A stretch of DNA of 64,000 bases from positions 640,001 through 704,000 of the forward strand of contig CAXXMV010000002.1 of the NCBI GenBank assembly GCA_963662285.2, given 5' to 3'. Source of the stretch: a bacterium (GTDB lineage Bacteria > Hinthialibacterota > Hinthialibacteria > Hinthialibacterales > Hinthialibacteraceae). Every line of letters starts with the position of its first letter. Positions within the stretch are counted from its first letter, which is position 1. The position numbers were made by a program, and so were the translations under genes. Below the pieces are notes generated by a model. That model did not search any database. It saw only the letters and a program-made list of their open reading frames with translations, and had not been told where the DNA came from. Below are positions 17,982 through 27,840 of the stretch, piece by piece.

Positions 17982-20126
17982 CTATTCTTTCGTGGCGAGA
18001 TATTGAGCCAATAATAATGTGCGTTGTAGAAGACTTATTCTACTGATAGATTCATCTGGCGCATGTAAATTGTGAGTCACCGGACCCATTCCGCAAATAA
18101 CGGGAACCGAAGAAGGCGCCATGCCTGCAACTGAAGGAACCGCCGAGGACTGTTCAGTTAATTTGATATCCCATGTTTCGGCTAAGTTAATGATTTCTTT
18201 CGCCATTTTGGATCCTGCGCGGCTTTTAATCATAGGAGGCCGATCAGATACAAGTTCAAATTCAGCATTAAATTCTTTTTGCATCAAACTATTTCTCATC
18301 TTCTTTTCGGCTTCATCGGCGTTTTGTTGTTTTATATAGTTCATGATAACAGAGGCTTCGACCCGGTGAGGCAACTGCATGGGAAAAGATTCTGTATGAA
18401 AATCCACCGCAGCGATAGACAACCGTTTTTCACTAATACTAAGATCGGAAAATTCGGTTAACTTCGCACTGGCCCATCGAAAAGGGCCATGTTTTTTGAC
18501 GTTTTTATCAATGCGACGCCCTTTTCCTTCAACAACCAAATGATAGAGCCGTTGACCTCTACGTTCTACGATGAGGGATTCATCATGGATGCTTGGGCAT
18601 ACAACAATTACCCGATCTGCCCTTTCAATCGCAAGATCAATTAGATCGGAACTATAACGGCACTCCATCCCCTCGTCGCAATATAAAAGAACTCCTATGC
18701 GGCGTTTAGCCAGAGAACGGGATAATTGTAAAGCCCGAAGCGCAAATTCAATCTCTACCAAAGGACCACGCGATGAACCAATTCCTTCGCCATATAAAGC
18801 TTCCGGTTCACGGCGGAAACGTTGAAAAGGTTCTGAAGATTTTAGCGGAACATCCAAATGAGCAATTATGAGCGTCCCATTTTGAAGACCCGCATTGGTT
18901 TCCCAAGTCCACACGATTGGATCATCGGATAAATCATCGACCAGTTTCATTTTTACATCATTAAAAACCGATTGCATTTCCCGGTATGCATGTCGTATTC
19001 CAACCAGGTTATCGGTTCTGCTATGCAACCGAGTCCAACTATCTAAGCGGTCTTCGATGCGGTCGCGACGCTGCGTTACAAAAGAAAAAATGGATGAATC
19101 AAGACTTTGTTTGCGGCGTTGGAGCGGCGGTGGTTCTGGCGTTCCGAAATATCTAGCGTTGGCAACTTCAACCAGACGATTAACAACCGCCTTAAAATCA
19201 AGACCGGCAAATGCTGCTCCGACAAGATACGAGCCATGTTCTCCCAGACTTGGAAGACTGTTGATCTCCAATATATATAAATTCCCCTCTGCATCCAAAC
19301 GCATATCGATACGGGCGCAGTCGTAACACCCCAATACTTTAAATGCTTGTAGGGAAATCTCTTGCGCTTTGGCCGCAACGTCTTTGTTGATGGGAGCCGG
19401 GCATTGATATAATACTTCTCTACCGGATTTCCGTTGCTTGTCCTCCATCGTGTAAATATTGGGGCCGCCTTCTCCAAATATCAGCTCGACGGGAGAAAAT
19501 ATTTCAGGATTATCATTACCCAGAATCCCCACATTAATTTCACGTCCATCAATATATCTTTCAACCAAAACCGGTTGTTGGTATTTTTCGAAGATAACCA
19601 GCGCTGCGTCGTGCAGTTCCTCGTCATTATTCACAATACGAATACCAAACGAAACCGCTTCGTTTTTAGGCTTGACGATTAGAGGATATGCAAGATTCGG
19701 GATGGTGAAATCAGGCCTGTCTAAAACCGCAAAATCAGGCGTAGGCAGACCATGTTGCTGGAACAACATTTTGGCTACAACCTTGTCCAGCGCCAGAGAA
19801 TGCGCCAACGGTCCGGAACCAACGTAGGGGATCCCAACCATTTCGAGTATGGAGGGTACATGAGTATACCTGGCCTGTCCCTGTATACCGTATGAAATGT
19901 TAAACACCATCCCCGGCAATTCGCCTTTGATTACACGAGGCATAAAATGTTCAAGATTGTCGACCAGGTCTTTATCTCCCTCAAAAGATTTGACTTGATG
20001 TCCGCCCTTCTTGAGCGCATCAGTAATGCGCTTGATCGAGTTCATTCCATACTTTTCCCTGTTTGGAACGCCAAACAGGTTGATTACCCGATTACTGTCC
20101 CGGTTATAAACAATCGCTACTTTCAT
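17982..20126 (-). CDS. Ddl-like ATP-grasp ligase fused to a degenerate M20/M25/M40 peptidase domain
   Basis: Ligase part: GIPYVGS, DKVVAK, IVKP.NE..SFGI, ERYIDGRE, RIDMR, LEINSLP. C-terminal part: AHLDV, LYG.GI, ERRG, DRPP, CGMGP and HAPDE. Confidence 0.88.
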   Translation of the reverse strand: MKVAIVYNRDSNRVINLFGVPNREKYGMNSIKRITDALKKGGHQVKSFEGDKDLVDNLEHFMPRVIKGELPGMVFNISYGIQGQARYTHVPSILEMVGIPYVGSGPLAHSLALDKVVAKMLFQQHGLPTPDFAVLDRPDFTIPNLAYPLIVKPKNEAVSFGIRIVNNDEELHDAALVIFEKYQQPVLVERYIDGREINVGILGNDNPEIFSPVELIFGEGGPNIYTMEDKQRKSGREVLYQCPAPINKDVAAKAQEISLQAFKVLGCYDCARIDMRLDAEGNLYILEINSLPSLGEHGSYLVGAAFAGLDFKAVVNRLVEVANARYFGTPEPPPLQRRKQSLDSSIFSFVTQRRDRIEDRLDSWTRLHSRTDNLVGIRHAYREMQSVFNDVKMKLVDDLSDDPIVWTWETNAGLQNGTLIIAHLDVPLKSSEPFQRFRREPEALYGEGIGSSRGPLVEIEFALRALQLSRSLAKRRIGVLLYCDEGMECRYSSDLIDLAIERADRVIVVCPSIHDESLIVERRGQRLYHLVVEGKGRRIDKNVKKHGPFRWASAKLTEFSDLSISEKRLSIAAVDFHTESFPMQLPHRVEASVIMNYIKQQNADEAEKKMRNSLMQKEFNAEFELVSDRPPMIKSRAGSKMAKEIINLAETWDIKLTEQSSAVPSVAGMAPSSVPVICGMGPVTHNLHAPDESISRISLLQRTLLLAQYLATKE

Positions 20127-20279
20127 TACTTGTTCCTCGATTTAAAAATAATGTGCTCAGTATTATAGGTTTATTAAATATGCTTAAATAGGCAGAGTGG
20201 AAAAATAATCTTTGCTTTTTGATCTATTTTGTTTTGTTGGGTGGGGATAAAAGAAAATCGTAACTTACTCAAAAAAAAC

Positions 20280-21761
20280 TCACCTGATTAACTTGAATGG
20301 CTTGATGGTTTTGCGCTTTTCGATGTATTTAAGCACCGAGTCTCTTAAAGTTATTCCGGTGTCTTGCCACACAAGAGATATATGTTGAGATTGTTTTTCC
20401 ATTTGATCTTTTATAAAACTATTGGTGACGATTTTATAGGTTTTATTTGGATCGACTGGGTTGTGACCATAAAAACCAAACTTACTATCCAGAATTTCCG
20501 AGCCTTTGCATTGCGCCACTACCAGGGTGTTTTCAAAGGGGAAAATATTCCATATTTCGCGATAATCGAATGCACCCTTTTTCAGCAGACCGCGGGTTCC
20601 GCCGCTGTTATGGTGGGCGTAATCGGCGCCGGTTGACTGCATAAAAGATTCCTCGGCCAGGCAAAGCATGGCTGTTTTGTCGAATTCAGATTGTGCTACG
20701 CCCAAAGGTCTATCCAGCATCTCCTCCACTTGCTCTTCCCATTTTCGGACTTCTCTCAGAGTTTGCGGATCCGGGGCGGCCAAATCTTTATTAACTGGAA
20801 TTAATTTGTAGGAAAAATCCTGTATTTGATCTTTTTCGGTATCAAAAGTAAGATCGATTCGTCCGATAAACTTACCATATTCTCCCGCTTGGGTAATAGG
20901 AATCGGGCTAATGTATTTGGCGGAAAAAATAGTAGTATCGTTATATTCCCCTAATTCTAATCCTACATTCTTTAGATATTTCCGGTTTCCTGTAGTGTTA
21001 TCCCGAGGATTAAATTGGAGAATGCCGATGAATTTATCTTTATTTTTGGTTATCCGGGAAATTCGCGTATGAGAATGTCCGCCCACAATAAGATCACAAC
21101 CAATGGTTTTCTTGGCGATTCTCAAATCATTGTATTTTCCTACATGGGTTAAGGCGATCAACATATCGCATTGTTCTGAGACTATTGGGATAAGGTGGTT
21201 TAAGGTTTCTATCTCGCCGGGAAAATTAACTCCGTCAGTTGCGAATTTGGTAGTATCGAAAGGCGTATCTTCTGATACGATCCCGATAACGCCAATTTTC
21301 AATGCGCCTTTTTCAATAATTACATATTCCGCATCACCCAGTATTTCATGCTGTCTCTGTGCGTTCTTGACGAAGGCATTAGCGCAGAGCAACGGGAAAT
21401 TAGCAATGTCGCGGAAGCGTTCAATGCGCTGCCAGCCATAATCGAACTCATGGTTTCCTAGACATGCGGCATCAAGGCCCCAATGATTTGTGACATGAAA
21501 GATCGGGTCTCCGCTGAACACGGATGAAACCGCCGTCCCGCTGATCATATCTCCCGCATTGAGAATTAAAACATGCTTTTCTTCTAAGCGGACTTTCTTG
21601 AAATAAGCGGCGATCCGGGCCGCCCCGCCCCGGTCTGCTTTATCAGGAATTAAATGACCATGTAAATCGTTGGTGGAAAGAATCGTCAACGGAATGATTT
21701 CTGCCCATAGCAAAGGTATGGATAAACAAATAAAAAATACAAAAATTGCAGCGCGTTTCAT
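20280..21761 (-). CDS. Secreted 5'-nucleotidase / UDP-sugar hydrolase
   Basis: TNDLHG, AGD, GNHEFD, LTH.G, GGHSH, NSGG.R and PFEN; signal peptide. Confidence 0.92.
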   Translation of the reverse strand: MKRAAIFVFFICLSIPLLWAEIIPLTILSTNDLHGHLIPDKADRGGAARIAAYFKKVRLEEKHVLILNAGDMISGTAVSSVFSGDPIFHVTNHWGLDAACLGNHEFDYGWQRIERFRDIANFPLLCANAFVKNAQRQHEILGDAEYVIIEKGALKIGVIGIVSEDTPFDTTKFATDGVNFPGEIETLNHLIPIVSEQCDMLIALTHVGKYNDLRIAKKTIGCDLIVGGHSHTRISRITKNKDKFIGILQFNPRDNTTGNRKYLKNVGLELGEYNDTTIFSAKYISPIPITQAGEYGKFIGRIDLTFDTEKDQIQDFSYKLIPVNKDLAAPDPQTLREVRKWEEQVEEMLDRPLGVAQSEFDKTAMLCLAEESFMQSTGADYAHHNSGGTRGLLKKGAFDYREIWNIFPFENTLVVAQCKGSEILDSKFGFYGHNPVDPNKTYKIVTNSFIKDQMEKQSQHISLVWQDTGITLRDSVLKYIEKRKTIKPFKLIR

Positions 21762-21781
21762 GACAAGATTCCTGTAATACG

Positions 21782-21873
21782 AAATGTAGGGGGTAATCCC
21801 TTGTGGTTACCCGATTTTAAATCCACTATGCATTTTAATATAACGGGCGCCCATGAAAGACTCCCCTACATTT
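21782..21873. repeat. Inverted pair of GTAG REP-like units (REPIN-like)
   Basis: AAATGTAGGGGGTAATCCCTTGTGGTTACCC ... GGGCGCCCATGAAAGACTCCCCTACATTT. Confidence 0.65.
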
Positions 21874-21877
21874 ACAA

Positions 21878-24499
21878 TCAAGCCTTAAGTTCGATATGAA
21901 TGGATTCATTGGCGCCCAGGTTGATTGCCTCTGGAAGAGAAACGATAGCCCGGTCATTGGCTCGTTGCGCCGCGACGGAATATGTGTCGTCTCCCGATGT
22001 GACTTCCGCCTCGAAATAACCCTTTCTGCTTTTTGGCGCTGGGAGGGAAAATTTTTGCAGTGAAGCGCGTCCATACATAATGTTGATATCAGCTTGTAAT
22101 TTTCGTGAACTCAATTCTTGGTTGTATGAACCCCATCCGGCGTCGTTTGACCAGAATCCGGTGAACTCTTTTTGGTTGATCCTGGGGAAGAATGAAATCA
22201 TCTTTTCCGGCGCCGAGTATTTATAACCGGAAAGCGCAAGAAGAACCGACCAACTTGCCAGAGCCCTTGCGTAATGATGGCCGCACTCGACCTCGTTCCA
22301 CGGATTGCGCCGCTCACCGTCATAGCGGTTGCGGATTGCTTTGACTATATCAATGCCTTCATCTACGAAGCCTTCATATATCAAGTGGGAGGCTACCTGA
22401 TATTCGATGCCAGTCCAAACCTCGTCTGAATAGACGAAGGGAAGGGCGGGGCGCTTTCCTTTAGGCCAGGAGCATAGCAACAATCCCGCTTCATCGCCCA
22501 GGGCGTAAATACGTTGGGGATTGTAATGTTCTGACAGCGTCTCGCGGAAGTTGTATTTGTATATAGAGTTAACTGCTTTTTTGACTTTCTCTTCAGGCAG
22601 AACATGCCCCAGGTCAACAACATGCGCCATCCATTGACCCAGCAACTGGTCGGATAGACAACCGTTTCCCAGTTGGTACTTGGTATGTTTTTCTGGATTA
22701 TACACCTGGACATAATAGTCGCCTTTCCAGGTTTGCCGGTCAAGCATCGATGATCCATTCTCGTGCATACGCTTATATTCAGCGGCGGCGGCGTGGTCTC
22801 CCAAAGCCAGCGCCATTTTTTCGGCGGCGCGTAGTGCGGTCAGATAGATTGCGCCCATCATGGGATTAGGCCCATAAAACTCGATGTCGTAAGTGTTATG
22901 CTGCTGTCCTTCCATGACGCCGTTTTTATCGGGGTCCCAATCCTTCCAGGCGAATTCCAGGGCTTGTTTGGCTTTGGGCCACATTTTTTTGAGGAATACC
23001 ATATCGCCTGACAAGAGCCATTCACGATATAGTTTTATGATGCAGCCCATCTGACCGTCGGCGGCGGCGTGAAATTCCCAGCGTTTCTTGCCCAGTGGAA
23101 TCAGCGTACGGAAAGACATCTTTCCGTCATCATGGGTATTGAACAGAAAATCGGTGTCGCGCATAGTCCGTTCCATAGCGGGGAACAGATAAGCCAGGGT
23201 TTGTTCATAGTTCCATACATGGGTGCAGTTGAGCGGGCAGCATCCGCCTTGGTCGGAACAGCCTTCAAAGGCGAAAAATTTTCCGTACTGGTCGCGGAAG
23301 CAGGTGTTGGTTCTGATGATGGATGATTGGCTGGATACTGCGTCGAGCACCTCATCCGGCACGGTGCAATCGTAGAGCGCTTTGTGGAACAGGCGGGTTT
23401 CCTGTTCGAGCCGGTAGAGATTTCCTACTACGTATTTCGCCGCGTCCCAGGCGCTGGAGTATTGCGTGGCGTAATAGTTGCCGACCAATTGTCCTTTGAC
23501 TTCTTTGTCGCCGTTCCAATAATTTTTCCGGTTGGGGAAATGCCAGGTGATGATGAAGGGAACCGTAGCCTTCTCTCCTGGAGCGAGTTTCAAAACTGCG
23601 CCAAGCGAAGCGGTATCGGTTTTGTTAGCAGGGCTGGGATCGGAAGGATCAATGGCATTGAGTTTTCCGTCATCGGAGAAATCGTTCCAGAAAAGGCTTT
23701 GGGCGTCAAACCATCCGCCGCGATCCCAACGGCAGGTGTAGGTGACCTTTTTATGTTGTGTGAGAAGCGCCATACTGCCGAACTTTTCATCATCTTTATC
23801 AAATTTATGGCTGCGCATGTAGATGCCCCTGAAGGCGTCATCATCTATGTATTCATTAATATTCTTACCGTGATCTTTGTCGCCGACGATATTTTCCATT
23901 GAGGCCATTAATGTTAGTTCTATAGGGAGTTTGCTGGTGTTTTTTAATTGCCAGTAAAATACTCCAGCCGGGATGCCGGAATCTTTCTCGTTGAGAGGAA
24001 TAAAAGGATTGAAAGCCTCCAGTGAAATATCCAGCGGCACGCGGTCGTCGGAAAATTCGATGCGGGCGAAGGGATACGAACCCATGAAACGCGCATTCCT
24101 CAAACGCGGCATACCGGGCAGTTCTCCGCGATTCAGGCCGAAGCCTCCACGGAAGGGCGGTTTGATCTCGGATTCGAGCACGAATGCGCGGCTGGATTTT
24201 CCTTCTTCTTTATACCAAAGGCCAAAAAAGGTATTGTTGAGATTACGGTTCTTGTCGGGGCGGTTGTAGAGTTCCCAATCACGCAGATTGCCCCGGCCGC
24301 CAATAGAGAAGGTCCCTGTTCCGATTCCACCTAGAGGGAAAGCGATTTCAGAAAGAAAAGGTTCTTCAAATACGCGCCATGCATGATCTATGTTTTTGTT
24401 ACGAGAAGAGGCGGCTTCAACTTTTTTAGTAGTACCAAATAATCCGGCGAATGGAGCTGCTGATAAAACCTTTAGAACGTCGCGTCGCTTAAATTCCAT
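21878..24499 (-). CDS. GH116 beta-glucosidase/glucosylceramidase with Tat signal
   Basis: KRRDVLK Tat motif; FPLGGIGTG, FEGC...CTHVWNY, AADGQ, QHNTYD, SDQL.GQW, EVWTG.EY and NPWNE.ECG.HY.R. Confidence 0.93.
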   Translation of the reverse strand: MEFKRRDVLKVLSAAPFAGLFGTTKKVEAASSRNKNIDHAWRVFEEPFLSEIAFPLGGIGTGTFSIGGRGNLRDWELYNRPDKNRNLNNTFFGLWYKEEGKSSRAFVLESEIKPPFRGGFGLNRGELPGMPRLRNARFMGSYPFARIEFSDDRVPLDISLEAFNPFIPLNEKDSGIPAGVFYWQLKNTSKLPIELTLMASMENIVGDKDHGKNINEYIDDDAFRGIYMRSHKFDKDDEKFGSMALLTQHKKVTYTCRWDRGGWFDAQSLFWNDFSDDGKLNAIDPSDPSPANKTDTASLGAVLKLAPGEKATVPFIITWHFPNRKNYWNGDKEVKGQLVGNYYATQYSSAWDAAKYVVGNLYRLEQETRLFHKALYDCTVPDEVLDAVSSQSSIIRTNTCFRDQYGKFFAFEGCSDQGGCCPLNCTHVWNYEQTLAYLFPAMERTMRDTDFLFNTHDDGKMSFRTLIPLGKKRWEFHAAADGQMGCIIKLYREWLLSGDMVFLKKMWPKAKQALEFAWKDWDPDKNGVMEGQQHNTYDIEFYGPNPMMGAIYLTALRAAEKMALALGDHAAAAEYKRMHENGSSMLDRQTWKGDYYVQVYNPEKHTKYQLGNGCLSDQLLGQWMAHVVDLGHVLPEEKVKKAVNSIYKYNFRETLSEHYNPQRIYALGDEAGLLLCSWPKGKRPALPFVYSDEVWTGIEYQVASHLIYEGFVDEGIDIVKAIRNRYDGERRNPWNEVECGHHYARALASWSVLLALSGYKYSAPEKMISFFPRINQKEFTGFWSNDAGWGSYNQELSSRKLQADINIMYGRASLQKFSLPAPKSRKGYFEAEVTSGDDTYSVAAQRANDRAIVSLPEAINLGANESIHIELKA

Positions 24500-24778
24500 G
24501 ATTTTTTTCTCCCCAATCTATTAATAGTCATTTGTGATATCTAAACATATTGATAGCGAATATTCAATCAAGAATGCTAAAAAAATGTGAGAATATGTAA
24601 CATCGGATGATTATATAGAAATAGTTAAGGTGGATTTGAGGCGCATTAGGCTTGAAGATTGAAAAGAAATTGGTTAATTTGAAGTGGAACAATACAGTGG
24701 GACCGTGAAATATTCTCAACCAGCGGTCTGTATACTAAAATAAATAAATATTTTTTATTGATGAAAGGGGCATTTATT

Positions 24779-25819
24779 ATGGCTCAAGCAGTTTTTCATT
24801 CCAGTATTGAAGGCGCCCAGCACGGTCCCAAAGGCCTGGATGGTTTCTTGGATTTCGCTAAAGGCGCAGGCGCAGCAGGCGCACAGCCATCTCATTTTAT
24901 GTTGGAAAACGGTCAAGGCGGTTTCAAAAGCGCCAGTGATATCAAAAACGCCTTTGATTCACGCGGCCTGAAATTTGATGGCGTTTCAATTCATTGCGCA
25001 ACCTGGGTGCATACTACTGCATGGACCCAGAGTCCTACGATCAAGCCTTTTATTCCTGCCGACGTCGCCGCTAAATCTCCAGCCGAAATTGAACAATGGG
25101 CCGAAGATTACACATTGAGATTTTTTGATCTGGCTGCTGAAATGGGCATCAAAATCCTTCCTATGTTCTGGGGCGTTGCCTATGGATGGGAAGTTGCAAC
25201 CGGATATCCCTGGGGATTCTTCGCCGGTCCGGATTATGACCTGATCAAAGAAGGCGACGAACGTTTTGTTACAAAAACAGCCAAAATTCGCGCCAAAGCC
25301 AATTCTCTCGGCATCATTCTGGCTCACGAAATTCATCCTGGCACCGCCGCCATGTGCGCTGATGATTTCAACCATCTGGTTGACATCTGCGACGGCGATG
25401 CCTGCCTGGGCGTTAATGTTGATCCATCACACTGCTGGGAAGGCGAAACCTGGGAAACCCGTTTCCTTAAAGTCGCAGACCGCTGCTATGGCTGCCACAT
25501 CAAGAATCACGTTATCCGTCCTGGATTCCCGTTACGCTCCATGGAAGGCGATTGGACTAAACGCGCCATGCAATTCAGCGATCTGCCTACCGGCGACATC
25601 AACATGACCCGTTTCACCGAGTTGATGCTCGCTATCGGCTACCCGCAGAAATACCTGAGCAAAATGGGTTCCGGCACTGCTCCTCTGGTAGTCGAAGCCG
25701 AAAGCGCTCACCGTCATCCAGATGACACCAGCATCAATGGCATTCAGTACGTGCGCGACGAACTATGCTTCAATGTTGCCGAAGGCAGCTTCGAAGACAA
25801 CATGGGCGCAGACAAATAA
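24779..25819 (+). CDS. Xylose-isomerase-like TIM-barrel sugar isomerase/epimerase (IolE/IolH-like)
   Basis: HEIHP, N.DPSH, HIK and E.E metal motifs; ATG 24779 follows AAAGGGG. Confidence 0.85.
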   Translation: MAQAVFHSSIEGAQHGPKGLDGFLDFAKGAGAAGAQPSHFMLENGQGGFKSASDIKNAFDSRGLKFDGVSIHCATWVHTTAWTQSPTIKPFIPADVAAKSPAEIEQWAEDYTLRFFDLAAEMGIKILPMFWGVAYGWEVATGYPWGFFAGPDYDLIKEGDERFVTKTAKIRAKANSLGIILAHEIHPGTAAMCADDFNHLVDICDGDACLGVNVDPSHCWEGETWETRFLKVADRCYGCHIKNHVIRPGFPLRSMEGDWTKRAMQFSDLPTGDINMTRFTELMLAIGYPQKYLSKMGSGTAPLVVEAESAHRHPDDTSINGIQYVRDELCFNVAEGSFEDNMGADK

Positions 25820-25843
25820 TCTGTATTAATACATAACACTTAT

Positions 25844-25883
25844 CAAGGCGTTTTCCTGTGAGGAAAACGCCTTGTTTTTGTTT
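25844..25883 (+). terminator. Intrinsic terminator
   Basis: CAAGGCGTTTTCCT-GTG-AGGAAAACGCCTTG followed by a T-run. Confidence 0.85.
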
Positions 25884-26221
25884 GAGCGATGGTGTTTTTG
25901 AGATAATACTGATATAAAAAGAATGCGGATGATGAAAAATCCTGTATATTCTGCTAATCCAGAGTATCATGACTCAGACAAGAAATAGACCAAAATTATA
26001 TAAAGGTACTCAAATTCATCTTGAATCCTCTCCACGATGAAGATTATTAATATTTTACAAAGATGTTTTTTGAAAATTTGTATAAAATTAATATCAAGAA
26101 TATTGCGTTTCACTCTGCTTTGGCGCACTACATATAGTGTTTTTGGTGGATAATTCATAAATAAGTTAAATGACGGATTCTGAATAGATCAGGGAATAAT
26201 TGTTCTAGTATCAATCGCACA

Positions 26222-26249
26222 TTGACGAAGGCATCCAATTTCTTATACT
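26222..26249 (+). promoter_or_regulatory. Putative sigma70 promoter of pilC
   Basis: TTGACG-N16-TATACT. Confidence 0.45.
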
Positions 26250-26351
26250 ATTATGTTTACAGGAACGCATCTTCCTGGTACAACCCGCAGCCGCATAATA
26301 TGATATTTATATTGTCCAAAAATTTGCATCGGCGCGGTGAGGAGTATTAGT

Positions 26352-27599
26352 ATGCCGAGTTACAGCTATAAAGCGCTGGATAAAGGCGGCAAAGAGATAA
26401 AAGGCTCAATCGAAGCCACCGGTGAAGAAGCGGTCGTCGAGCGCTTGCGCAGCATGGGTTATTACGTAACCCAGATCAATCGCCAGAAATCAAGCGTTGG
26501 TCAGGTTGACCTTGCCGATCTTCCCATTTTCCGTTTCATCGGAAAGATTATCTCTCGCGGCAAAGTGTCGTTAAGGCACATTTCAGCTTTTTCACGTCAG
26601 TTGGCAACGCTGATTGGGGCAGGTTTGCCTCTTTTAAGAAGCCTTCAGATTTTGCAGGAACAGGTTGAAGATAAAAACCTGCAAGAAGCCTTAGACGGAA
26701 TCGTCGAAGGCGTAGAGGGTGGCGATACCCTTTCGGAAGCTATGGCCAAATACCCCCGGATATTCAACCGCCTCTACGTTAACATGGTTAAAGCGGGTGA
26801 AATCGGCGGCGCGTTAGAACAGGTTCTTGACCGATTGGCTATGTTCCAGGAAAAAGCCCAGGCGGTTCGATCCAAGGTTAAGGGCGCCATGTGGTATCCT
26901 ATGGTGGTTATTACCATCGCTCTCTCTGTTGTGGCGGTTATTTTGATCTTCGTTGTACCTAAATTCGCCAGCATGTTTGAGGGATTGGGTGGAGAATTAC
27001 CTTGGTTGACCCAGAAACTGGTTGACTTCAGTGATGGTCTGGTTCTTTACTGGTATATTCCCCTACTTGGGATTATCGGGACTATTGTCTTTTTTAATAT
27101 GATCAACAAGACAGGTCAGGGACGTTATATCATAGATAAAGCGATGTTGCGGTTGCCCGTCTTTGGTGTAATTGCGCAGAAATCGGCTATCGCCCGGTTT
27201 GCGCGGACCTTCGGTACATTGCTGGATACAGGCGTCCCCATCCTTCAGACTCTTCTGATCGTTAAGGATACATCGGGCAGCGAGGTTATCTCGCGCGCTA
27301 TGATTGATATTCACTCTTCGATCCGCGATGGCGACACGGTCTCTGAACCTATGAAAGCATTCCCTATCTTCCCGCCGCTGGTTGTTCACATGATTGCGGT
27401 TGGTGAAGAAACCGGCGCTTTGGATCAAATGCTTATTAAAGTGGCCGAAGCGTATGAACGCGAGGTTGACGATGCGGTTGATGGTTTGGCGAAACTGATC
27501 GAACCATTATTGATCGTTATGCTTGGAGGCATCATCGGAACTGTTGTTGTTGCGCTTTACCTTCCGATCTTTACTATTACCCAGCAGATCAAGGGATGA
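26352..27599 (+). CDS. pilC: Type IV pilus/T2SS inner-membrane platform protein (PilC/GspF family)
   Basis: MPSYSYKALD; FSRQLATLIGAGLPL; AGEIGGAL; VVPKF; two T2SSF repeats ending LIEP...LYLPIF. ATG 26352 follows GAGGAG. Confidence 0.93.
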   Translation: MPSYSYKALDKGGKEIKGSIEATGEEAVVERLRSMGYYVTQINRQKSSVGQVDLADLPIFRFIGKIISRGKVSLRHISAFSRQLATLIGAGLPLLRSLQILQEQVEDKNLQEALDGIVEGVEGGDTLSEAMAKYPRIFNRLYVNMVKAGEIGGALEQVLDRLAMFQEKAQAVRSKVKGAMWYPMVVITIALSVVAVILIFVVPKFASMFEGLGGELPWLTQKLVDFSDGLVLYWYIPLLGIIGTIVFFNMINKTGQGRYIIDKAMLRLPVFGVIAQKSAIARFARTFGTLLDTGVPILQTLLIVKDTSGSEVISRAMIDIHSSIRDGDTVSEPMKAFPIFPPLVVHMIAVGEETGALDQMLIKVAEAYEREVDDAVDGLAKLIEPLLIVMLGGIIGTVVVALYLPIFTITQQIKG

Positions 27600-27629
27600 T
27601 ATGGCTTGATTATCAAGATTAATTTTCAT

Positions 27630-27666
27630 GACCCCCGTTCAAGAATTGTTGAATGGGGGTTTTTCG
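27630..27666 (+). terminator. Intrinsic terminator after pilC
   Basis: ACCCCCGTTCAA...TTGAATGGGGGT followed by TTTT. Confidence 0.8.
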
Positions 27667-27840
27667 TTCGATAGAATTAGAAGATCAATGCTTTGCTCTC
27701 TTCGTTAAAACCTTCTAAAGCAGTATAATCACAGGTTCTCCTTTTTCTCGAGTCATAAAAGCAATAGAGAAATTAAAGTAGTTTCAATGGCTCTGCATTC
27801 CCGAATATGTTCTTGGCGAGCGCTACAGAATAGGATTAAT

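Noticed and set aside
17982-20126. Calling the ATP-grasp gene ddl
   Set aside because: It lacks the N-terminal GGxSxEH motif, is fused to an M20 domain, and has no cell-wall gene context.
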